From assembly GCA_963803875.1 (NCBI GenBank), contig CAWDOA010000017.1:15247-79246 (forward strand): DNA of 64,000 bases, read 5' to 3'. How positions within the stretch are numbered: the stretch's first letter is position 1; every line of letters begins with the position of its first letter. The translations under genes and the position numbers were made by a program. Below, piece after piece: positions 19,778 to 29,028 of this stretch. Source of the stretch: an uncultured Acidimicrobiales bacterium (GTDB lineage: Bacteria; Actinomycetota; Acidimicrobiia; Acidimicrobiales; SZUA-35). The notes below the pieces were generated by a model, which was not told the DNA's origin, ran no database searches, and saw nothing but the letters and a program-made list of their open reading frames with translations.

Positions 19778-20665
19778 ATGACGCAAACTCGAGTTCTTTC
19801 CTTCCGCACCGATGGTGCCGACATCCGTCGCTTCGGGATCATCGATGATGCCGGGACGGGTGTGGTCGAGCTGGGGCGTCGTACCGGCCTACGGTCGCTC
19901 GGTCACATGATCGCTGCGGGCAGGCTCGACGATGCTGCGCCGTATCGGAACGACCCGGCGGACTACTCGATCGATGACGTGACCTTCGATCGGCCACTGG
20001 CTCGGCCTGGGAAGATCTTCTGTATCGGCGTGAACTACGGCGGTCGAAGTGCCGAATACGACGACACGTCGGACAAGTCGTACCCCAGCGTCTTTGTCCG
20101 ATTTCCCGAGTCGTTTACCGGTCACAACCAGAATCTGGTGCGCCCACCAGAGAGCAACCAGCTCGACTACGAAGGCGAAATCGTGGTGGTCATCGGGAAG
20201 GCAGGCCGGCGGATACCGGTGGATCGAGCTCGCAGCCATATCGCAGCTGTCTCGCTGGGCAATGAAGGAACGATCCGCGATTGGGTTCGCCATGCGAAGT
20301 TCAACGTCACACAGGGCAAGAACTGGCGTCACTCAGGATCGATTGGACCGTGGCTGGTTCCCATTTCTGAAATCCCCATATTCGACGATCTCACCATCCA
20401 GACACGGGTGAACGGCGAGGTCCGCCAGCAGGATTCGCCCCGAACCATGAAGTATCCGATCGAGTACCAGATCCACTACCTGTCGACGTTTTGCACGCTC
20501 GAGGCCGGAGATGTCATCTTCACCGGCACACCCACCGGAGCGGGCGCTCGTCACGATCCACCGATCTGGCTCGTTCCGGGTGACACGGTGGAGGTTGAAG
20601 TCGCCGAGATCGGAGTCCTCCGAAACGGTGTCGAAGATGAGGTCCTCCCCGGGGAAGGTCCATGA
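19778..20665 (+). CDS. Fumarylacetoacetate hydrolase family protein (HpaG-like)
   Basis: KIFCIGVNY, LDYEGE, NEGTIRDW, QGKNW, GDVIFTGTP. Confidence 0.9.
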   Translation: MTQTRVLSFRTDGADIRRFGIIDDAGTGVVELGRRTGLRSLGHMIAAGRLDDAAPYRNDPADYSIDDVTFDRPLARPGKIFCIGVNYGGRSAEYDDTSDKSYPSVFVRFPESFTGHNQNLVRPPESNQLDYEGEIVVVIGKAGRRIPVDRARSHIAAVSLGNEGTIRDWVRHAKFNVTQGKNWRHSGSIGPWLVPISEIPIFDDLTIQTRVNGEVRQQDSPRTMKYPIEYQIHYLSTFCTLEAGDVIFTGTPTGAGARHDPPIWLVPGDTVEVEVAEIGVLRNGVEDEVLPGEGP

Positions 20666-21096
20666 CCACATCGGAATTGCGGGGCTTCGACCGCTCGTTG
20701 CCGATGGCTCTCCTACGAGCTCGCGAGGCTCTGATGCGGCGGTTTCGACCGATGCTGGCCGAGCACGGTCTCACCGAGCAACAATGGCGTGTCATCCGTG
20801 CCCTCGCCGCCGCCGAGTTGCCAATGGATGTGGGCGAAATTGCAGACGCAACGTTCTTGCTCGGGCCCAGCCTGTCTCGCATTCTGTCGAATCTGGACGA
20901 GAGGTCGCTGATCGTTCGGCAGTTGGATCCGCAGGACCAGCGACGGTCGTCGGTGAAGCTCAGCCGCTCGGGACTGGCGCTGTTCGGCCGCATAGCACCC
21001 GAGTCCGAGGAGATCTACGGAGACATCGAGAACCGTTTTGGTGAGAGCCGAATGATCGATTTGTTGTCCCTCCTCAACGAGCTGGAGAAGTCGTGA
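20662..21096 (+). CDS. hpaR: Homoprotocatechuate operon regulator, MarR family
   Basis: SLPMALLRAREALMRRFRPMLAEHGLTEQQWRVIRAL, typical of HpaR. Confidence 0.9.
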   Translation: MTTSELRGFDRSLPMALLRAREALMRRFRPMLAEHGLTEQQWRVIRALAAAELPMDVGEIADATFLLGPSLSRILSNLDERSLIVRQLDPQDQRRSSVKLSRSGLALFGRIAPESEEIYGDIENRFGESRMIDLLSLLNELEKS

Positions 21097-21908
21097 CACT
21101 GAATGGCGACGCAGTGCTCGCTGAGGCCGCGCTCCTCGACAATGCCGAACGAACCCGAACCCAGACCCGCCAGACAACCTCGGTCTTCCCGGATGCAACA
21201 ATCGACGATGCCTATCGCATACAGGCTGCCTGGCGGGATCTTCGTGTGGCCCGCGGTGAGAGGGTCATCGGCCACAAGATCGGACTCACGTCCAAAGCGA
21301 TGCAGGCCACCATGCAGATCTCAACTCCGGACTCAGGGTTCATCACCGACGTGATGGCATTCGACGCCACCGATGGGCCGGTTGTCATCTCGGCCGACGA
21401 CCATCTGGATCCCAAGATCGAAGTTGAACTGGCCTTCGTTCTGGCTGCCGACCTCGATACGCCCGAAGTCGACTTCAACGATGTGATCGAGGCCACCGAT
21501 CGTGTGGTGCCTGCGCTGGAGCTCATCGCGGCCCGCTCGTACCGGACCGATCCCGCCACCGGCCGGCGACGGACCGTTGTCGACACCATCTCCGACAACG
21601 CCGCGAACGCAGCGATCATCACCGGCGGTCTGTCGGTCGGCGCAGATGAAGTCGACCTGCGGTGGGTGGGAGCGCTGCTGGAACGAAACGGCGAGATCGA
21701 GGAGTCCGGTCTCGCCGCCGCAGTGCTCAACCATCCGGCCAACGGAATCGTGTGGCTGGCCCGCCGGTATGCCCAACACGGCATGGCCCTGTGCGCCGGC
21801 GACATCGTGTTGGCAGGTTCATTCACCCGTCCGGTTGACGTTCGGCAAGGCGACAACGTCCGAGTCGACTACGGGCAGCTAGGAACAATCGAGGTCCAAT
21901 TCTCATGA
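21093..21908 (+). CDS. hpaH: 2-oxo-hept-3-ene-1,7-dioate hydratase
   Basis: GHKIGLTSKAMQ, EVELAF, DTISDNAA, VLNHPANGIVWL, LAGSFTRP. Confidence 0.9.
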   Translation: MTLNGDAVLAEAALLDNAERTRTQTRQTTSVFPDATIDDAYRIQAAWRDLRVARGERVIGHKIGLTSKAMQATMQISTPDSGFITDVMAFDATDGPVVISADDHLDPKIEVELAFVLAADLDTPEVDFNDVIEATDRVVPALELIAARSYRTDPATGRRRTVVDTISDNAANAAIITGGLSVGADEVDLRWVGALLERNGEIEESGLAAAVLNHPANGIVWLARRYAQHGMALCAGDIVLAGSFTRPVDVRQGDNVRVDYGQLGTIEVQFS

Positions 21909-22255
21909 GTCTGTATTACCTCCAGAAGTATCTGTATGAGCTCAACCGGGACGCATCGTTCCAAGAGACTCATCGCAACGATCCCGAGCTCGCGGTCAGG
22001 GCCTTCGGCGACGGTGGAAGGCTCACCGAAGAGGAGGCGGATGCGCTCGTCGCTCCCGATATCGGGAAGTTGTATCACCTGGGTGTGAACGGACAGATTC
22101 TCATGCATTTCGCTGCGTTCCATCAGGTCGAATGGGCCGACTACCTCGAACGAATGCGTGAAGGCATTCGGAGCTATGGGCCGGTCCGAGAAGGGGTGTA
22201 CGCCCTCACTACCGGGTTGGACACAACCAACGCGCCGGTCTACGGCGAGGAATAA
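21905..22255 (+). CDS. LigA-like small subunit of extradiol dioxygenase
   Basis: MSLYYLQKYLYELNRD, LTEEEADAL...DIGKLYHLGVNGQILM; immediately upstream of the LigB gene. Confidence 0.75.
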   Translation: MSLYYLQKYLYELNRDASFQETHRNDPELAVRAFGDGGRLTEEEADALVAPDIGKLYHLGVNGQILMHFAAFHQVEWADYLERMREGIRSYGPVREGVYALTTGLDTTNAPVYGEE

Positions 22256-22273
22256 GGACGGAAGGAACCATCA

Positions 22274-23092
22274 ATGCCACTGGTATTTGCCGGCGTGTGT
22301 AGTCACGCCCCCGGAATCACTGGTCGGGCCGACATGGCTGACCCAGAACTGAAGAATGGCCTCTACCGAGCGTTCGACGATCTTCGGGACCGTCTGGAGG
22401 AGAGCCGCCCGGACGCCCTCATGGTCGTCGCCGCCGAACACTTCGCCAACTTCTTCATGAACAACATGCCGAGTTTCGCGGTGGGAATGGCGGATGGCTA
22501 CGAGGGTCCCATCGAGGATCCTGAATGGCTGAACATCGCAAAGTTCACGGCTCCCGGGAATCCGGAGCTGTCCGAACGAATGATCGCCGAAATCATGCAG
22601 ACCGTCGACGTCGCCTATGCCCAGGAGTGGCGCTTCGACCATGGCATAGCGGTTCCGCTGCACTTCCTGACCCCACGGTTCGATCTGCCGGTCATCCCGG
22701 TGAACATCAACTGTCAGGGACCTCCGCTTTCGCCGTTGCATCGGTCGTGGGCATTCGGAGAAGCGGTTCGGCGAGCGGCCGATTCGGTCCCGGAGCGAGT
22801 CGCGCTGATAGGGACCGGCGGCATTTCCCACTGGCCCGCTACCCCCGACAGCGGTCGTATCAACGAGGAGTGGGACCGTGATTTCATGGATCGGTGGTGT
22901 CGCAACGACAGGTCCGCCTTGCTCGACTACGACGACCTCACCGTCTACGCCGACGCCGGTCAGGGCGGATTCGAGATCCGAACGTTCGTGTCGGTTGCCG
23001 CAGCAGCCTCCGGCGCTCAGGGCACCGTGCATTTCTGCGAACCGATTCCGATCTTCGCCGTCAGCTGTACTACTGCCACCTACGCCCTGTAG
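22274..23092 (+). CDS. LigB-type (class III) extradiol ring-cleavage dioxygenase
   Basis: SHAP, EHFANFF, DHGIAVPLHFL, GTGGISHWP, INEEWDR, FEIRT. Confidence 0.9.
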   Translation: MPLVFAGVCSHAPGITGRADMADPELKNGLYRAFDDLRDRLEESRPDALMVVAAEHFANFFMNNMPSFAVGMADGYEGPIEDPEWLNIAKFTAPGNPELSERMIAEIMQTVDVAYAQEWRFDHGIAVPLHFLTPRFDLPVIPVNINCQGPPLSPLHRSWAFGEAVRRAADSVPERVALIGTGGISHWPATPDSGRINEEWDRDFMDRWCRNDRSALLDYDDLTVYADAGQGGFEIRTFVSVAAAASGAQGTVHFCEPIPIFAVSCTTATYAL

Positions 23093-23118
23093 TTGTCAGC
23101 GGCAAGGCGCGAGGTGAC

Positions 23119-23880
23119 TCAACCCCAGCAGTGGCGGCTGGCGTTCCATGGTCGCGTACCGTCGGCCTGCCAGGTGATCACGGCTGCCTCGTCCTGCTGA
23201 GCAGGCGTTGCCAAGTCGGCGGTCCGAACGCCATAACGATCGGCGTGACCGTAGGCGGCCCACGATCCTCGCAGGAACTGATAGGCACCACGAGCCGATG
23301 ACCGGCGGTTGGCTGCGGTGTAGTCACCACGTGATTCGCAGAACCGAATCTCGAGGAGAATGGGGGGCACGAACACGCCGTGGCCGGCATCAACCCAGCC
23401 GGTAGGGGCGAGGCGAACTCTGCTGGGCGGTGGCAAGGTGTCGGTGAGAAGCCGATGCTCGAGGGAATCGCTGATCGCAACCACCACCCGGGAGGGATCC
23501 TCGAACTGTGACCAGTACTCGTGGCCAGCCGCTTCGGGCATTCGCTCCAACGCCCCGACGTAGGTGTCCACGACATGATCTCCTACAGATCGGGTTTGGT
23601 ACTCCTCACTGGCCAGCAAGTGAGTGGCAATCGTTTCGATTGCATACCCGTTTGCGAGCAGGCCACCCCAGTAGACCGCACCTGCTTGGTCTGCTTCGCG
23701 GCCCAAGACGGCCCTGTACAGGCGGGCTGCCTGGTGGATGTGGGCATCTCCGAAAACTTGGGACTTGTATGCGGGTGCGACCGAGTTCGCTGAAGCAGGA
23801 GCGGATGGCAGAGCGACGATCGATGACACCACAAGGAGTGAGGCAATCGCTGCGCGACGAATCAACTGGTGGCGGTGCAT
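23119..23880 (-). CDS. Secreted DUF4214-domain + Rpf-like transglycosylase
   Basis: Signal peptide; RLYRAVLGREADQAGAVYW (DUF4214-like); IRFCESRGDYTAAN..SARGAYQF...W...A.PAQQDEAA (Rpf/lysozyme-like). Confidence 0.8.
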   Translation of the reverse strand: MHRHQLIRRAAIASLLVVSSIVALPSAPASANSVAPAYKSQVFGDAHIHQAARLYRAVLGREADQAGAVYWGGLLANGYAIETIATHLLASEEYQTRSVGDHVVDTYVGALERMPEAAGHEYWSQFEDPSRVVVAISDSLEHRLLTDTLPPPSRVRLAPTGWVDAGHGVFVPPILLEIRFCESRGDYTAANRRSSARGAYQFLRGSWAAYGHADRYGVRTADLATPAQQDEAAVITWQADGTRPWNASRHCWG

Positions 23881-23929
23881 GGCGCACGAGTATTGGAGCA
23901 TTTGGGCTGTAATCCTCAGGTGAATCGAC

Positions 23930-24610
23930 CTATTCGGGTGTGAAACGGAACACATCACCGAACGAACAGCCCACTTCGCCATCCACTGCGGGCGAAGCGC
24001 TACGGGCAGTGAACTCTTTCCCTTGGCCGGCCGGCACCGTCACTTCGGCAAATCCGTCTCGCAGCCGCTCGTCGCTCACAACGAAACGAACCGTGATGAG
24101 ATACGCCCGCTCGCTCTCGAGGGGATTGACAACCACCCCGGTCATGGCGGCACCGTCGTCGTTGGTGCATTCTCTGATTTCGAGCAACTCCTGTTTGGTT
24201 TGCTCGGACAGTTCACGCTCTTCTCCCAGAGGTGCCTGCTCCACGCCGAGCACGTCGTCTTCTTCGAAATCGACAAAATCGCCCTGGCTTACGGTGAACC
24301 CCAACACATCGAGCCGCACAAACTGCACCAGGAGGAGGCAGACAACCACGCCCACGACAAGACCCGCGTAGGAACGACGTCGGAGCGGCCGTGGCCCCAC
24401 CCGGTCGTGGGGAAGCGGCGGCGGGAGCGAGTCGGCAAGGGCGAACACCGCGGCGGAGGCTGGGCCGTACTGAGGGTTGAAACCAACACTTGGCGATGAT
24501 GCGTGGTCGCTGTGTACCGGCCAGTAGCGGCCATCACTTCGCTGCTCCCACCCCGTGGGTGGTGGCCACGGATACTCTCGGCCGTTCCAGGCAACGTAGC
24601 TGTCGCTCAC
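23930..24610 (-). CDS. Hypothetical membrane protein
   Basis: Trp/Pro-rich N-terminus, one TM helix, C-terminal beta-rich domain with two Cys. Confidence 0.7.
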   Translation of the reverse strand: MSDSYVAWNGREYPWPPPTGWEQRSDGRYWPVHSDHASSPSVGFNPQYGPASAAVFALADSLPPPLPHDRVGPRPLRRRSYAGLVVGVVVCLLLVQFVRLDVLGFTVSQGDFVDFEEDDVLGVEQAPLGEERELSEQTKQELLEIRECTNDDGAAMTGVVVNPLESERAYLITVRFVVSDERLRDGFAEVTVPAGQGKEFTARSASPAVDGEVGCSFGDVFRFTPE

Positions 24611-24664
24611 GGTGCCATGGTCTCACACGTTTGACTTCGGGATTCGCACGTCGTGATCGTGGTC

Positions 24665-25360
24665 CTACTTGCGTTGTGGGTCGGTTGCGACATCGTCCGA
24701 AGTTGACGGCCGCCGGTCGACGAGGCCCAGTTCGGTTTCCAGGCGCAAGACCCGGCGCAGAAGTTCTTCCACCTGGGTCTCCACATCGACAAGGCGATCG
24801 TTCCGAGACGGGCCGCCGGTCGTGGACGGCCCGACCTCGGCAAGCACCGTGTCAGCATGCACAGAGTTGGCATCGACTACGCCCCCCAGCAGATGCATGA
24901 ATCGGTTCTGACTCTGGCCGGGGCCACGACCGAGATCGACCACCAGCGGACGATCAGCGACAGCCAGATCTTCTAAAACCGATTCCACGGCATCGACCGA
25001 GTCGAAACTCACATACCGCTCGGTCCGTGTTCGGATCTCACCGGGCGTCTGGGGCCCCCGCAGCAACATGATCGCCACGACCGCCAGCTGCGCCTCGTCC
25101 AAGCCGAGTGCTTCGTCGAGCACGTGTTTGTGTTTGTCGGTACGGCCCGAGGAGATGCTACGGCAGAGTTTGTTCGCCCGAAGTTCCATCATCGCGGCGA
25201 TGACATCTCGTTCGCTGTAGTCGGTGACCGGTGCTCGGTTGGTCTTCTGATTGCAGGCGTTGACCAGCGCATTGGTCGTGAGCGGGTAGTGCTCGGGCGT
25301 TGTTGCTCGCTTCTCGATGAGACTTCCGAGAACCCGAATTTCGACAGCGGTGAGTTCCAT
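24665..25360 (-). CDS. YceH / DUF480 family protein
   Basis: LTAVEIRVLGSLIEKRATTPEHYPLTTNALVNACNQKTNR, LLRGPQTPGEIRTR. Confidence 0.92.
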   Translation of the reverse strand: MELTAVEIRVLGSLIEKRATTPEHYPLTTNALVNACNQKTNRAPVTDYSERDVIAAMMELRANKLCRSISSGRTDKHKHVLDEALGLDEAQLAVVAIMLLRGPQTPGEIRTRTERYVSFDSVDAVESVLEDLAVADRPLVVDLGRGPGQSQNRFMHLLGGVVDANSVHADTVLAEVGPSTTGGPSRNDRLVDVETQVEELLRRVLRLETELGLVDRRPSTSDDVATDPQRK

Positions 25361-25379
25361 CAGCTCTGAGGCTAACTCC

Positions 25380-25408
25380 GGTGAAGTTGAGACGTGGCCA
25401 ACTTCACC
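25380..25408. promoter_or_regulatory. Perfect 10-bp inverted repeat in the divergent promoter region
   Basis: ggtgaagttg-N9-caacttcacc. Confidence 0.55.
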
Positions 25409-25417
25409 TCACCCGAT

Positions 25418-25444
25418 GGGAACTCCTGAGCTGTTTCGAGCGAC
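25418..25444 (+). promoter_or_regulatory. SigC-type ECF promoter GGGAAC-N17-CGAC
   Basis: GGGAAC 25418-25423, CGAC 25441-25444, 9 nt to GTG 25454; same geometry as 30010-30036. Confidence 0.8.
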
Positions 25445-25453
25445 CATTGACAG

Positions 25454-25843
25454 GTGCTTCGCGATCGATCCCTCCGCGTTCGGGTGATGTGTTCGGTGTT
25501 GATTCTGGGGTCGTTTCTCGCCGGCTGTGGCGATGCAGAATCACCGGCGGATCTGAGTGCGGTTGCGCTCGACGGCCGCTCACTGGCCCTGGCTTCGGGC
25601 TGTTCCGCATGCCACGGCAAAAACGGTGAAGGCGGCGTCGGACCGAGCTGGCAGGGTCTCTCCGGCTCACAAGTCACCTTCACCGATGCGACATCATTGA
25701 TCGCCGACGCCGACTACCTCAGCGAATCGATACACGACCCCTCGGCCCGCGTTCGCGACGGATATACCGTGAAGATGCCTCTGAATTCGCTGACCGAAGA
25801 AGAAATACAGAAGGTTGTCGCCTACATCCAGGAGCTGAAGTGA
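25454..25843 (+). CDS. Monoheme cytochrome c lipoprotein
   Basis: Lipobox LAGC, CSACH heme motif, GPSWQGL, YLSESIHDP...KMP. Confidence 0.9.
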   Translation: MLRDRSLRVRVMCSVLILGSFLAGCGDAESPADLSAVALDGRSLALASGCSACHGKNGEGGVGPSWQGLSGSQVTFTDATSLIADADYLSESIHDPSARVRDGYTVKMPLNSLTEEEIQKVVAYIQELK

Positions 25844-26445
25844 ACGTTCGTCTCCTGGTGGTAGTCGCTGCGGCATCGATCCTTCTCACCTCCTGTGGGG
25901 AGGACCAAACGACCCTGAGCGGTTTCGAGCGAATCCCAACCCCGATCGTCAACAACGCTCAACTGCCCGAAGCGACCAATGGGGGCGAACCATTCCACTT
26001 CGAGGCCGACGGCGGTGCTCAGCTGTTGGTTGTCTACTTCGGGTTCACGAACTGTCCTGATGTGTGCCCCACAACGCTGGCTGATCTCCGAGTGGCGCTC
26101 GGATCCTTGGACGCCCAAGAACGTGCAATCATCGAAACAGCCATGGTCACCGTCGATCCGAACCGAGATACCGACGACGTGCTCACTGGATACGTACGCT
26201 CGTTCCTGCCTGATGCGGCCGCGATTCGGACAACTGTTGACCCCGATCTGCGCGTGGTAGCCGATGCGTTCGGCGCCGATTACGACGTGACCGTCGACGA
26301 CGATGGCAACGTCGACGTCGTCCACACCGGGTCCCTGTATGCGGTCAACCGGGCAGGTGAGTTGCTGGTCAGCTGGCCCTTCGGCGTGCCGGCAGATGAC
26401 ATCTCCAACGATCTGCGGCTGCTGTTGGAGCGCGAGGCTGCATGA
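25840..26445 (+). CDS. SCO family copper chaperone
   Basis: YFGFTNCPDVCPTTL, TVDPNRD, VVHTG. Confidence 0.95.
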   Translation: MNVRLLVVVAAASILLTSCGEDQTTLSGFERIPTPIVNNAQLPEATNGGEPFHFEADGGAQLLVVYFGFTNCPDVCPTTLADLRVALGSLDAQERAIIETAMVTVDPNRDTDDVLTGYVRSFLPDAAAIRTTVDPDLRVVADAFGADYDVTVDDDGNVDVVHTGSLYAVNRAGELLVSWPFGVPADDISNDLRLLLEREAA

Positions 26446-26813
26446 GCCGGCTTCTGATTTTGGCCATGGCAGCGATGGTCGCGGTGTCAGCCTGCTCGGG
26501 CGCCGATGATTCGTTCGGGGTCGGCGAGTCCTCCGACACAACCTCTGCCGACTTCTTCTATGAGATTCCCGTCGGGGCGGGCGAGCAGCTCGATGCTGGC
26601 ACGCCTCTGGAAATTCTCCCTGGCGAGCTACGTGCAAAGGTAGGTCAGGCGATCGAGATCGTGAACCTCGACGACCGAGGTCACCTTGTTGGTCCATGGT
26701 TCGTCGGCGCCGGTGAAACTCTCCGTCAGGAATTCACATCCGCAGGTGAATTCATCGGGATTTGTACCGTGCACCCGAGCGGCGAGATCAGAGTGATCGT
26801 GGAGGACTCGTGA
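26442..26813 (+). CDS. Small cupredoxin-like lipoprotein
   Basis: Lipobox VSAC; IVNLDDRGH...GEFIGICTVHP (His...Cys-x2-His). Confidence 0.7.
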   Translation: MSRLLILAMAAMVAVSACSGADDSFGVGESSDTTSADFFYEIPVGAGEQLDAGTPLEILPGELRAKVGQAIEIVNLDDRGHLVGPWFVGAGETLRQEFTSAGEFIGICTVHPSGEIRVIVEDS

Positions 26814-27818
26814 GGCGCCTTGCAGCGTTCTTCGCAGCGGTGTTCATTGTCATGGTGGGCGTCGCCGCACCGGTGAGCGCAGACCCGCCCGGTCCGACCG
26901 AGTATCTGAGCACAATCCAGGCTGTTGAACCACCGACCGGCAGCATTGCTGTCCGAATGATCGGTGGTGACAGCTTCTTCGAGGTCTCCCAACTCGAGCC
27001 GGTGCTGATCGAGGTGGTCGGATACCAGGGCGAGCCCTATCTCCGGATCAGTCCCGACGGCGTGGTCGAGGAGAACCGGCTGTCGGCCTCCACGTATCTG
27101 AACCAGGAGCGGTACGGCGCAGGTGACATCGTTCCCGACTTCGTCGAAAACGACGCAGATCCAGATTGGGTGCAGGTCGGTACCGGCGGACGGTATGCGT
27201 GGCATGATCACCGGTCCCACTGGATGAACCCCAAGCGGCCACCGGGTGCCGAACCTGGTGACACGATCCTCGAGGCTGTCATTCCGCTCCGTGTGGACGG
27301 CAACGACGTGAGCGTCACTGTGGTCTCGATTCTGGAAGAGCCGGCGTCCCCGCTCCCGGCGATCGGAGGCGCGGCCGTGGGGCTCGTGGCAGCGGCGCTT
27401 CTGATGCGCCGCCAGATGGTCGCGCTGAGCGGTACTCACGGCAGGCCTGGCGTTGATGGCCGGGGTTGTGGCCGTCGTATCGGTGCCAGCCGAAACGGGT
27501 CCCCCGTTCACGCTGTGGTTTCCTCCCGCCCTGAGCGTGGTGGCCTTGATCGGCGCGCAGCTACTCCGTTCACGTTCATCCAACCCGTTGGGTCATGTTG
27601 GTTTGCTGCTCGTTGCCGGCACCCAGCTACTGCTGTGGGGACTTCTGGGGCGATCAGCTCTCGCGAATCCGATCCTTCCCACGTACCTCCCGTGGTCGGT
27701 CCACCGGTTCATTGTCGCACTCTCGCTGGTCGTCGGAGTTGCCGTGCTCCTGACTGCGGCACACCAACTGTGGGCCCTGCTGCGGGGCGGGCCATCGCAG
27801 CCGGTCACCGCCACCTGA
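26810..27818 (+). CDS. Hypothetical secreted/membrane protein with WHDHRSHWM motif; +1 frameshift near 27428
   Basis: Signal peptide, extracellular domain, then TM helices continuing in the 27453..27818 frame. Confidence 0.7.
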
Positions 27819-27900
27819 GAACCTGGTCGAGGGTTTACACGATTCGACGACGGTTCTGATCTAGGGTGTCAGAGGATCGCCCCAGAGGAGGAGCCTTCGG

Positions 27901-28458
27901 ATGTCAGACTCAAATGCTCAGACCCCGCCGGGTTGGTATTACGCCGCCGGTGACCCACCAGGAACCCAGCGGTACTGGGACGGCTCCCAATGGCAGGGGG
28001 GCCCTCAGCCGGTGGCAGCCGGAGGGCCGGGTGGAGTAGCCGTTGGGGCGGCCACGCTCGCCGATCCCGGCCGACGTCTGCTCGCCAGAATCATCGACGG
28101 TCTCGTGCTGCTCATTCCGGTGCTCATCGTCGCCGGTGTTCTGGGTCAGGGTTTTGTTGGTGGTCTGGCCACATTCCTCGTTTCTGCGGCCTATGAGGTC
28201 TACTTGCTCGGTACTCGCGGGGCGACCGTTGGCAAGTCGGTGATGTCGGTCAAGGTGGTCAACGAGGACTACAGCGACATAAACATGGAAACCGCCGCGC
28301 GGCGTTTCGCGATCAATGTCGTCAGCGTGATCCCCGGCATTGGTCAGCTGATCAATCTGCTCGTGTTCGTCGCATCGATCGTCATGATCTTCACCGACAG
28401 TCAACGTCAGGTCGTGTGGGACAAGATCGCGAAAACACTGGTGATCAGCACCAAGTAG
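27901..28458 (+). CDS. DUF2510 + RDD family protein
   Basis: TPPGWYYAAGDPPGTQRYWDGSQW; RRLLARIIDG...TVGK...QVVWDKIAKT. Confidence 0.9.
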   Translation: MSDSNAQTPPGWYYAAGDPPGTQRYWDGSQWQGGPQPVAAGGPGGVAVGAATLADPGRRLLARIIDGLVLLIPVLIVAGVLGQGFVGGLATFLVSAAYEVYLLGTRGATVGKSVMSVKVVNEDYSDINMETAARRFAINVVSVIPGIGQLINLLVFVASIVMIFTDSQRQVVWDKIAKTLVISTK

Positions 28459-28470
28459 TCAACGAACGCT

Positions 28471-29028
28471 ATGACTGACCAAAGTGGTCAGACTCCACCG
28501 GGCTGGTATTACGCCGCCGGTGATCCGCCCGGAACACACCGCTATTGGGATGGACGTCAATGGCAGGGTGGCCCTCAGCTCATTCCAGGGCAGTCGCCTG
28601 GAAATTCAGCAGCAGTTGGGCAGAAGGCCGATCTGGGTTCGCGGTTCGTGGCGTTCCTGATCGATACGGCTATCGGGGTTTTCCTCTTCATCGTCCTCCT
28701 GATTCTCGTCGGCGTCCTTGCCGCGATATCCGACGCCCTCGGAGGGATCGCATTTGTCTTGGGTTATGTCGGAATCCTCGGTTTCTACATCTGGAACTAC
28801 ATGATCCGGCAGGGCAGAACCGGTCAGACGATCGGCAAGCAGCAGCAGGGAATCGCTTTGCTTGGCCTCGACGGGCACCCCGTTGGTGGATGGAAGGCAC
28901 TCGGCCGGTACTTTCTCGGGGGCATCATCGACAACGCCTGCTTGATCAACACCCTGTGGATCTTTTTCGACTCCAACAACCAGCGTCTGGCCGACAAGAT
29001 CATCGACGCCAACGTCTTCAAGGTCTAG
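28471..29028 (+). CDS. DUF2510 + RDD family protein (tandem paralog)
   Basis: TPPGWYYAAGDPPGTHRYWDGRQW; RFVAFLID...GQTIGK...QRLADKI. Confidence 0.9.
   Translation: MTDQSGQTPPGWYYAAGDPPGTHRYWDGRQWQGGPQLIPGQSPGNSAAVGQKADLGSRFVAFLIDTAIGVFLFIVLLILVGVLAAISDALGGIAFVLGYVGILGFYIWNYMIRQGRTGQTIGKQQQGIALLGLDGHPVGGWKALGRYFLGGIIDNACLINTLWIFFDSNNQRLADKIIDANVFKV

Noticed and set aside
23881-23929. c-di-AMP (ydaO) riboswitch upstream of the Rpf-like gene
   Set aside because: The intergenic space is only ~50 bp and shows no matching motif.
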